A DNA stretch of 64,000 nt from Balanoglossus misakiensis (Eukaryota > Animalia > Hemichordata): contig CM082582.2 of NCBI GenBank assembly GCA_040954595.2, positions 8,452,425 to 8,516,424 on the forward strand, written 5' to 3'. Both the position numbers and the translations under genes were made by a program. The notes under the pieces were generated by a model. The model was not told where the DNA came from and made no database searches. It saw only the letters and a list, made by a program, of their open reading frames with translations. Positions 46,305 to 64,000 of this stretch are shown here, in pieces (the first letter of the stretch is position 1; each line of letters opens with the position of its first letter).

Positions 46305-49300
46305 TTAAACTTTCTTCTGTGGTTCCCGTTCTCTCAAAAACCTTCTGAGTATCTTTCCACTCTGTGACTTGGGTATCGCATCGACGAATTCGACACCTCC
46401 CCGTAGTTTCTTGAAGGGCGCCGCCATAGCTGAGAAAAGTGAAGTAATGAAAGTGAATGATAGAAAATGTGTTGAAGACGTAAGCTTATACTTGATTCAA
46501 ATAAGGATAAAGTTACCTTTTCAAATGCCGTGCTGTTGTTTAATTTAATTGCACAAATACATGAACCAAAACAAATTAAATTGCTGTCACCTTATATGAA
46601 AAACGACGATTGGCAAAAAAGACATACATGTACCTTCGACAAACTTGAAAACCTCGTCTTCAAGTAAATTTTTATCGCCTCTCACCACGAAGGCTTTTGG
46701 TACCTCTCCAGCTCTTTCATCCGGGACACCGATCACTGCTGCGTCTCCTATTTTTGGGTGGCTCAATAATAATGCCTCCAGTTCAGCTGGCGAAACCTGA
46801 ACCGATTTCAATATTTCAGACATCAATTCACGTGTAAAATGGATGTGCGTGGCTGTGGTACAGCATATTCGTGTAATTTTAAAATTCATATAGCAATGTG
46901 GTTTGCCATTGAAAACAAAAGGGGCCCGCAGCATCGCGACAATATGACTTAAGAGAAAAGGGTTTCGAGATTCCCAAAGCAAAATGTACGCAGATGGTAC
47001 AAACATACCTGAAACGCCTTGTACTTTATAAGGTCTTTTCGCCGATCCACTGCATGCAACTGTTCTTTGTCATCAACGTACCCAATGTCACCTTGTGTCA
47101 GATGAGAAATTACAGGAAGATAATGTTAGGACAACTTACATGCATAATAAGGAATTGCTTCTCCAGGTCTTTGTATACATCTACCGGTATTTCTCTTTTA
47201 TTCCATCGTTCAATGTCTGTTCATGGCAATATCATATGCATCTTCTGGTAGCCATGGCAACAGTTCACTGCCGATAACCCAATTGTCAATCATGTCAAAC
47301 CAACGGATTGAACGTGATGATGATGATTTCTGTGCAAAAAGACAAGTCTACCAGTCATTGCCACAAAACCGAAGCTCCTACCTGTGTGCACCCATCCTTC
47401 CTCGTCGATCAAGGCCCTAGTTGCCTCTTCGTTGTCATAGTAACACGTCAATCTCTGTGGACTACGGGTACATATTTCGCCGGTTTTGCCTCTCGGTAGG
47501 GTTACCCCCGTGTCAGGATCTATTATCTAAACAGATCATGATAACAACATGAAACGGTTGAAAGTTCTCAAAATTCGAACGGTTTGTCATTGCTCTGGAC
47601 AAGAATAAAGGACCCACTTAGCCGGACATCTACTCGCCCTCCTCACCAAAACAAAAATCACCAAGAGCGCCGTCACACGGAGGTGTTCTTCACAAGGCTT
47701 TGGAAACGAAGTATGGCATACGTACACAACGAAACAGATCCTTAACCAAGGAAAAGGTGCATAAAAAGAAAAGGGAGCAGAAGTCTGACTTTTACTTATG
47801 TTTTTTTAGTCTTGTGTATTTGCGATTCATGATATTACCTTCGCTTCTGTATTTGGTAGTAGACTACCGGTCGATCCCTTTGTCCATTGGCTGGAATCAA
47901 ATCCATACGAAGCGTGAGAAACTAGTTCTGTCATGCCGTAAGCTGAAATTGAAAGAAAGGGATTTTAGGTAGAGATTTTCGCGAAAACAAGGTGTTGAAC
48001 ACTCAGAACTCCTCTTGGTTTTCGAGAGGAATCCTCACACACTTTAATTTAGAAAAGAATGGGAGGGTTTTTGAGGACTATCCCATTTTCTGAAACTGTG
48101 TTGTTGCTATTTAAAGAAATGATAAAAGACCCTGCAGTCAAGAGCCTCCCCTAGTCTTGGTTATCCAGACGCCTTTGCTGCGGAAGAAGCAAAGGCTTCT
48201 GGGTAACCGAGACTAGAGCCTCCCTCCCAAAACCGATGAAGACATTAATTTACCTTTCCTGAAAAGCGCTTTCGGGTTCGTCCGTTTGACGACAGCTTCC
48301 GGTAGTTCGTCGCTGATGGGAGCACCGCCGCAGAAAAATACTCTCAAACTCGACAGGTCATAGTTATCAACGGCTGGGTGGTTTGCGAGGAAAAGTGCGA
48401 TTGGGGGTACAATCATCGACATAGTAACCTGTGAAAATAGTCAATCCGTAGAAATTGATGTGTATAGAATACACACATACATGATTTAAATCACGGAGCC
48501 TTTTTGGTTGTTGATACATGTATTTCTCTGCAATCGTGGGGTTTAACTGACTTATCGTGATTTTCGCGTATGACGCTATGCAAATCACATTCCAAAGAGC
48601 TTTGCTTCAAAATTTGACCATCCTACATTGATGCAACCAATTTAAGTTCGCCGTGTATGTGTAATTACTTGATCTATATCAAGCCATCGATTGACGCCAT
48701 CTGGAGATAATTACCATGTCATAAACTCACCTTGTAATCTTGCAGCGTCCTCAGGTACAATTCTGGAGCAAATGTTGGCAAGGTAACCAACCGAGCTCCC
48801 TGTGCCAAACTCAAGCCCATGATCGCAATACCAAAATAGTGAAAGAAAGGGAGAATAGCGACACTACAGTCACCGGGGGTTAGATGTAGTATTCCTGGAA
48901 TCCTGTAAAAATGCAAATAAATAGCCACCCTGTCTTACCAGTCCGTAGCATAAAACAACTTCTGATTGATGCGGTAGATCTAATAACTATGACAACGATG
49001 ATGTCACCATAGCGAATGACTATGACCACCCCAAATAAGGTTCGTTAGACTTCATGCCTTTTCTCACCTTAATTGCTGAAGGAGAGTTATGACGGTCGTG
49101 TGACTTATGACAACTCCCTTGGGAAAACCAGTTGTACCACTTGAGTATGGAATGAGGGCCTGGCCTCCTCCACTTCCAACATCCGCTGGCTTTGTCACAG
49201 CTGAACCGCTGTTGTCCAGTAGGGACGAAAACTGTTCGCAGCCTTCCAAGTGGGACTCGCCCACAACGTAAACACGCTACAGCAAAGACAAGCAAGAAAA

Positions 49301-50823
49301 ACAACGGGGAGATTTTAATGCAAGTGAAATTACTAGCAAAATTGTTGGCAGATGGTGCGCAGGTAAAATGTCCTCTGCTATGCCTCGACGATTGAAAACC
49401 TGTAACTGTGGCTGAAATATTTTTGCTGGCATACCCAAATCATCCACCTCCCACAAATCAAATGGTTGCCCCTTTACAGTAAATACTCACCCTAATGCTC
49501 TTGACTTTAGCTTTGACTTTGGCGACTGTTTCTACGAGTCCAGAAGGTGTAATAATGACATCCGGTTTAGTGGACGACAGTTGCCGTGTCATTTCATCTG
49601 GAATTGAAGAACAATGACATTGTTACAACCGGCGCAAATAAGCTGATACCACCATTAGTTCAATGAATATAGGTTATCTGATAATACCTGCAGTCAGAAC
49701 GGGATTGGTCGGTGTCAAAACCCCTCCAGCTGCAAGAACGGCGTGCATTGCGATGGTGAATTCTGGGATATTCGGCAGATGTATGGCACACATAAAACCA
49801 GGTTGAAAACCATGGATGCGGAACCCACTGGCGCATTTATACACAAGTTCCTTGAGTTGTGAGAAGGTGTATGTCCTCCCTGTTACACCATCCACCTGTG
49901 GTCAAATACAGCAACCACCAGTTAGTTGGTAAATAAAAAGAGCCTTTGTCAAATGTTTTTTACAGCAGAGAAGGCCGAGGGCCAAGTTGAAAACCAAATT
50001 CATATACCGAGTAATTATATTTATGTTTCACTGAGTGTAGAACAAGAAACTAGAGTTGAAAAGCAAACATTAATGCCGACGAAATAGCCTAAAGTTGGAA
50101 TTACTGGGGCTTTAACGATCTAATACAATTTACTTACCACTGCCTCCCTGTCGCCGTATGTATCGAAGTCTTTCATAATGTATTCAACATAGTTCATGTT
50201 TGACAAGATTTCCACATCTGGCAATCGGCTTTTGTAGACACCTATCGGGCGAAAGGATTTTTATACCCACCCCAGCAGGTTTGTTTTATTTACTGCCATG
50301 TTTATTTCCGTGATTACCCAAAATCAAAAACGATATATCTAATTCTGTTCTAACTTTGTTGGTTTCGTTTATAATAAAAAACGACAAGATAATGAATTAG
50401 TTGTTTATAGGTCTGTTTTAAAGTACACCCACACAGCGCCATGCAATAACAGCATGTAATGTGCGAGTTCACGTTCCTTTGCACTGACTTTAAGGTCGCT
50501 TTAAATAGGTCAAACAATTTGACCAGGCACGGCTCAGGTCACCGAGACCTTGCCCTACCATGTGACATCGCGAACACACCGACCTGTGCGCAGGGCTACT
50601 ACGCAGAGACCATGATTGGTCGACCCTGCTGAGCTTTCCGCAGTTAGAAAATCTTACCCGTTTCACTCCGGGCGTGTGTAGTTTGTGAGAAATTGTGCCA
50701 TCCCGCTGGGAAGCTGACCCGTTTGCATGTCACGTTGAAGGCCGGGGTCACTCTTGACCAATTACACGTGGCCCTCAAGGGCAAACCTAACATGCGGCGG
50801 GCAATCGACAACGTCAGTGCCAT
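46305..50823 (-). CDS. Luciferase/4-coumarate-CoA ligase-like acyl-CoA synthetase, copy 2
   Basis: Exon 1 (50658-50823) [13 protein letters not shown]...[12 protein letters not shown]; [61 protein letters not shown]; ends PQKKV*. Same intron positions as copy 1. Confidence 0.9.
48151..48216. mobile_element. 66-bp MITE with perfect 8-bp target-site duplication
   Basis: agcctccc|ctagtcttggttatccaga...tctgggtaaccgagactag|agcctccc. Terminal repeats match 17/19; internal gcctttgct/agcaaaggc arms. Confidence 0.8.
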
Positions 50824-51004
50824 CTTCGACTCGATTCAAATTAACTCTGGCCTCTTGCTTCACCCCCTTGACCGACAAAAATGTGTTGACAAGAATTCGA
50901 CACAACAGGAAGTAAAAAGCGCTTCGGTCACCGCCCGTTTAACCATATACGTATAGAAATTTAACACCGCCGCATATGGAAAGTATATGGACAGTAAGCT
51001 CAAC

Positions 51005-51045
51005 CATAGACCATAGACCCTAGAGTTTTTCTAGGGTCTATGGTC
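51005..51045. mobile_element. CATAGACCCT...AGGGTCTATG palindrome, same family as 30982
   Basis: gctcaac|catagac catagaccctagagtttttctagggtctatg|gtccaac; 15-bp perfect arms. Confidence 0.6.
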
Positions 51046-53277
51046 CAACATGGTTTAAAACAAGTAAGAAGATGTTTTGCTCAGTTATAATCCCCCTAAA
51101 TACAATATTCATTTTACAAGCAATAGTAATTCATGAGGGGAAAAAACGCTCGAAAAAGAGAGACTTTGCCCCCTTAAAATGTAAGCCTACATTGCTTTAA
51201 TTTGCTTGTTATAATGTTCGCCCGATAACCTCTCCAGTTTCTCTCCAGACACGGCCAATTTTATCGTCTACGCCATTGGAGCGAATATGCGCGGGAGAAG
51301 TACATGTAATTTAACGGTTCACAGGAATCTTACAGAGAAATCTCCTCAAGGAGCAGAAACGTCGGATATATTATTTCGAATTTCTAACAAAAAGACCTTC
51401 TCCGCTACGAACTGTAAAATAAGCTGTTTTTTATTACTATTTTTCTTTCAAGGAAATGTGCTTTGAATCCTTGATTAAAGCTAAAGTGCATTAATAAACC
51501 ATGTTGTCATAATATTTGCATATATAGACGACAATAACGATATTATGGTAATTAGAGGAAATAGTAATCCTATAATGCGAGCGGGTTACTTGAACCGGAA
51601 GGTTGATTATTCGTTCTGTATACATTACACTGATAATCATGCAAAGTTGCTTATGGTTTCGGAGCTGAAGCCATGCTCACATATATTTGTTTATTTTGGA
51701 GAGGCTAAATCGAAACTACGTTTCCACACCATTTTAGCGTTCACCATAAAATCGACACCAACTCGACACTTCCGGTAAAAAAGTCCGGAGATGAGCATGA
51801 GCATATACGAACTTCCTGTCTCTGTTCTGCAGAGCGGATATTCCAACACGTGCATCTGCAAAAAAGCGTCCTCTGAATAAGTTTAATAGCAAATGGGAGG
51901 CCCGAGTATTGTCGTTTGCATGTATATGAAGAATCGGCGTTAGTATTTTATCTCTAATTTGCGTTTTAGGTGTTGAGATTTAATTTCCGAATGCAGGACA
52001 CAAAAGTAATTTCCGAACCAAATTATCAAGTGCTTACACGGGAGATACAAGACGTGTGATTTTCACAGTGATTGAAATTCTTTCTTCCAGCTGCAGCGTT
52101 TTTAGATTCATGGGTAGCCGAGGCTTTTCCACAACAACAGCACTTACAAGTTCTCGAATGTCTAGAATATAGTCCGCACAGAAAACACGCATGCGAAGCC
52201 CCTGATTCCAGGACGTTCAATACTCCCAGAACAGTATTTTCGGGAAAGTCCGCCAGAACATAGCCTCCCTCGGGCTATAACCGGAGTCCCGGCGCATGTT
52301 GACGGGACCACACATCGGTAGCCTCACACACGAGGTCGGGTATAAACTTATCAACGTGGAGATGGCATGGCGTAGTAACTCAGTATACAAGTAGCAGCAA
52401 GGCAACGTGGCATTGTACATGTGCGTGCCTCTTTGCATACCAACAAAAATACATAATTCATTAACACCTGGTCACTCGGTTGGTTAAAACAAAAGAAATG
52501 CGGTTCACCTGGTCACTGAACCATTGAAAACCTAGACATCATAACACTACACGTACTTGCCAGTTCCACTGATGTATGCACAGTCAACAAACTCATTATC
52601 ACCATGTAAATCAAGTGCCAAAAATGATACTGTAGAAGTGTATTGCGTTCTCATGTTATCTTCATGCACATGGTGTGTGTTGAGTTGTAACAAGTGGTCA
52701 TTTCGTTTTGTTTCAGTGAGCAGAACAACATCAAAAACCCTTCAAATGAAACTGAATTACAAATGAAACGTAATTACATTGCATTAAATGCAATATCCGG
52801 ATAATCGTAGGTCATGTACAGTAGAAGAAAGGAATTACCCTGAAATGTAATAAACATGCAAATCTGTTCATATTGTATGCGTGTACGATTCCGGTAGGAG
52901 AACAAATCAAGTGTACTGGAAGCGGATTACCTTCCTTCTGTATTTTCACCCCAATCTCCAGTAATATAAAACGAAACAAACGAAGCCATATAATGGCTTG
53001 CTGACAACAACATGTTGTTGTGAAATAGTGCAACCAATTAAAAATGGGATGAGGGAACACTAATATAACGATAACCTGGTTTCTGCATTACGGATTTGCC
53101 TCTCAAGGATTGTCGAGAACCTGGAACATGGAGTCAACAGGCAAAAGTGACCACGCCCAACAACAGCACAGTTGATGTTGTAGATGAAGGATCACGCTAC
53201 AGTGATGCAAAATGGGATGCATTATAATACTAGTACATTGTCCTTGTAACAAAATTAGGGCAACGACGGACGGATTT

Positions 53278-53309
53278 AAGGAAGGAAGGAAGGAAGGAAG
53301 GAAGGAAGA
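53278..53309. repeat. (GGAA)n microsatellite
   Basis: Tandem GGAA units. Confidence 0.85.
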
Positions 53310-53747
53310 AAGGACGAAATTTAATCCACAAGTCCCCCGGACGAGGTCCGGCGGCCGGAGCAAGGCACAATAGGCCAGTAATGGTTTTGACAATAGCAGC
53401 AGCTATATAGGTATTTACTCCCAAATCGTATGTGCACTTGTAACACAATACTAGGACAGAAAAATTGATAATGATTTTTCATATTATCAGTTTCCCTCTG
53501 ATGCACGCCTTAGTCCTATTACTTGCACAGGTAAATAAAACCTATTCACTTTTATGAGATCGATTTTACTCTGGTCATTTCCCCTTTGACTTTTATATGA
53601 AACTAACCCAGGGCAATCCATCAACTGATTACAAGTACATATACATATGATTCTTTTCTTTCTGCAGACTATATGATACCGCGTAGTCTGTGCTGGCATA
53701 TTTACTCAACCGCGATTGATTTATCCTAATTGTTTTGCTTTAACGTT

Positions 53748-53759
53748 TGTCTGCCTGCC

Positions 53760-53794
<35 letters not shown>

Positions 53795-53803
53795 ATGTAT
53801 GTA
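53748..53803. repeat. (CTGT)n / (ATGT)n compound microsatellite
   Basis: Tandem CTGC, CTGT and ATGT units. Confidence 0.85.
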
Positions 53804-56487
53804 TTTCGCCACACAAATTGCTATGTCCCAAAAATCGGACGTCTACTGGGCATGTGCATCAGACGGTGATAATCAAGGCAGCGCCAACAAGCGAGTGAAC
53901 ACCTCGCAATGGACCGTTGACCGTGAGATGATTTCACGTAGAGATCGCGCACTTGACGTCACTCGGGCTCTGCAGGGCACAGCTCTGGGACGCGTCACGT
54001 CCGTGAAGATCAGCTCAGAGTTGATAAAGAGATAACGTGAGAGCGCGTTTGGTAGATGCTTTACGCTGATGACAACGCGACCAATGGGGTGATTTGGGTG
54101 TCACGTGACCTGGCCGTCACCGCTCGCAACTCTCTGTTAAACCACAGAAGGCATGCAGCCGTGGATGTCGTAGACTCGCCGCGAGTAGAGGGCAAAAGCA
54201 TATTATATACCACGCCGATTTCTGATGCGATGCGCGCGATATGATGTTGGTGTGATACGTTTTGATAGGATATAGTACGACACGTCTTCTGAGAATTTGG
54301 ATATCTGGAGGGAACTTGGAATTTTACACAAGATCAGCCGGATAGTTGGATCACGGTGGGTAAATATGGTATTATGATTTATCAAAATGGGACCAGGCAG
54401 GACTTTTACATCTGGGTATTGATTTTTGAGGTCGGAGCGCTAATGTGATATTGACGCGCACGGCATATGTTGCACTCTGCCTCATTCACACGATCGCGCA
54501 CGCCAATGGTGAAAAAATGCCTTTGAGCATCGCTTCTGTACCAGAAAGCCTCTATCGCCAAAAAAGACCCGACCCCCCCCCCAGAAACTGATGAGCTGAC
54601 GTTAGAAAGTTTTACGAAAGATATCTAGTAGGCAGTTATCACCGAAGCCGTCAAGAGAAGCGTTCAACTTCATCGCGAAGTGGATATATTTGTAAAATAA
54701 AAGTGGGAGAGGGTGTTAAAATCGATGCTATTCAAAACAGGTGTTGGCAAACGTGTAGGGAATTGTTTTGGCACTGTCGATGGAATTTGAGTTGATAGAA
54801 AACAGACTGAAGGCAAACTGACAGGCGGGTGACGTGATGAAATCTTTTCACCGCGCCTACAATCAGATATAGCAGAATAAGAGGTGGCAAAAGTATACTA
54901 TTTATGAAGAAGTACTGGGCGTATTTCACAAGCACTAAAGAAGTGTGAAGCAGAATTGTGAAGACGTAGACTGCCATCAAACGTAACACCTTGTGTGGGT
55001 GGTTTTGGAAAGAGAAAGTACGCCCTTGCATATCACAAGCAAGATTATTAACGACATTGTTCAAATATATAGGGGCCTAACGTTTTTGAAAATGGCAAAT
55101 TTCTCCAAGCAAAGTAAAATTCCTATCACACATTCGCTCATGACAACGGCCGATTTCAGTTTGTCCCTTTCACAAGAGATCCATCAATTTAGTTGCTAGC
55201 CTTCGAGCTCTCAAATTGTTGCAATTTGTCAGAAGCAAAGCGTCATCAGTGATTTAGAATGTTCCGGGTTTTATTCAAAAGACAACAAAAAGGCTACTTA
55301 TGGTGCATTAAATCGTTGCCTCTTTTAAATCAAAACATTTTGGTTCCGGTGGGCGGATAAGTGTCAAATTTATTGTACACGGTTCACACATATGGTGGAT
55401 TCAATTTGCGTACAGAAATATTTCATCAGGTGTATTAAGCAGATTTTAGCACAGACGGAATTCTGAGCGACGTGTCAAAGGACTGAACCGTCTTCACCTA
55501 TATATTTGTCGGGGCGTGGGTTCGACCGTAGCACATACAAATCAGTACAAACATACGACGAAGCCGTCGAAGTCAGAGTTTGAAACAAGTGCAAGTCAAG
55601 GCCTACAATACAGTTACACGTCAAGAATATAGGTTGATCGGCCATCGGTTCGCTATCATCCGATTAGGTGACCATTTCGATGATTTACTATGCACCGGCG
55701 TACGCAGTATGTCCTACATGCATATTTATTGGCATTAAGCGTAATTAATTCCTATACGATAACTGGTGTTTAGACCATTCGATATTAAGCAGATTGAGAC
55801 GTCATAATCCTCTGATGAAAGCTTTACTTCACTATATACTGCGACACAGATTTTTTTAATAGACTGCGAAACGCTGACTTTGAACAATTTATAGCACCTT
55901 TATCAGTGCCTACGTGCAAGTGTCATGGTTTATATCATTCGCTGCTCACATGGTATATTGGAGAGTCGCCCAATGTGCGGTAAACTATCGATTAATAATC
56001 ATTTCGTCCCATTAATTGTGCATTTAAGATGCCATCGCGCCAGTATGGTGATAGGCTGTTAATGACGCCATTTACACCCCTTACGGTTTCACCGTTAAGG
56101 GTTGAGTGGAGCATAAAGTGAGGAAGATTTAATTGTGTCACAGTGACACGTTTTACGTAAGAAGTGTCTGTCTTTCTTCATCGAAGGCACACGGCTTCTC
56201 AACTCACGTCCACCCACTTGGATATTTTGTGCACCGTATACATGCCATCAGCGATGCTCTCAAAAGTTGGTTTTACTTTCAAATATGTTCAGCTTGTCAA
56301 AGACATGCTATTTTCTCCCTTTTTGGACAACATATTTCGCCGTCCCAGATATGTTTTACGTGACATTTGAAACCTTGTAAGTCAGAAACGCTAGGGTCGG
56401 TAATCACGTGATCGTGATGATTTGTATTCGGCGTGATAGTTCACCACTTACGGACAGAACATGTTGCCTCTTAACGCAGGCTTTAAT

Positions 56488-56509
56488 CATAGACAGTCTA
56501 CTGTCTATG
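56488..56509. mobile_element. 22-bp CATAGACAG...CTGTCTATG palindrome with 7-bp target-site duplication (1 mismatch)
   Basis: ctttaat|catagacag tcta ctgtctatg|cttaaat. Confidence 0.6.
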
Positions 56510-57162
56510 CTTAAATCTACTGGCGAAAGTGGTCGTTAAAATTGTAATGGACGACAAGAGACAGAAGTGTCAAGGTTTAATCAGTGTTGGCAAATATATG
56601 GCCCCGTCATCGGCGAGGTTAAAACCAATTGTGCTGTAATCCGGAAGATAGCGATGGTCTTGAGGTCATTGCCGCAGCTGTGTCGCCGATATTTCACCAA
56701 CAGTTGGGGCTAAGCGTGATGGAACGTGCACCATTTGAATAACTAACACCACCGTTTTATCCTAAATCCGTGCAAATAACGAGTCGGGCCTTCAGTGCCT
56801 CATTCATAGATCACGCTTGCGCTGTCATTGGTATCTTTCTCTTGTAGCTCCACTCACATCTCGTGTATAGGGAACTACTCTGTAACATTTCGTACGTTCG
56901 TCTGATTTCCTCATAAATCGCTAATATCTAAAACGTTTGTTCCATAATTGCCTGTATATCGGCAGTATCGTATCGCGTCCAACATTTCTTACTATTTTGG
57001 CAACAAGAAAATACCAAGGAGTTTGTACCGTATTCAAACGATTAGATATACAATGTAAGTCGTATCTCTCAAAATTCTTCCAGTACTGTTAGTATACCCT
57101 TTGTCCGTTTTTTTTTCAGAATTTATCTTTAATACGACAGATCTCGACCAGATTTTGAAGTG

Positions 57163-64000
<6,838 letters not shown>

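Noticed and set aside
41034-50823. Calling the ligases true luciferases
   Set aside because: Luciferase-like acyl-CoA synthetases are common in non-luminous animals, and no sequence feature here demonstrates light emission.

Overview
AT-rich, intron-rich animal genomic DNA, most likely from an invertebrate deuterostome. This is inferred from a CDYL chromodomain-crotonase fusion gene, luciferase/4CL-like ligases and small introns; the species cannot be determined from the sequence. Gene order: CTU2(+), CDYL(-), ECI2(+), ACBP-less ECI2 paralog(+), divergent AHCY paralog(-), AHCY(-), ATP6V0D1(+), DYNLRB(+), atypical Rab-like GTPase(+), two tandem luciferase/4CL-like acyl-CoA ligases(-), and an FGFR-like kinase(+) that runs off the right edge and has an antisense intronic tRNA-Glu(CTC). 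Main findings: (1) an intact AHCY duplicate with substitutions clustered in the active site, lying tail-to-tail with a derived peroxisomal ECI2 duplicate; (2) CDYL sits head-to-head with ECI2, 96 bp apart, and shares four crotonase-domain intron positions with it; (3) both luciferase-like ligases carry mitochondrial-type presequences and lack PTS1; (4) three tiny CATAGAC...GTCTATG palindromes with 7-bp target duplications resemble P-element excision footprints; (5) the FGFR-like kinase has gatekeeper and brake substitutions plus a 1-bp frameshift. All gene models were spliced by eye, so exon ends may be off by a few bases.
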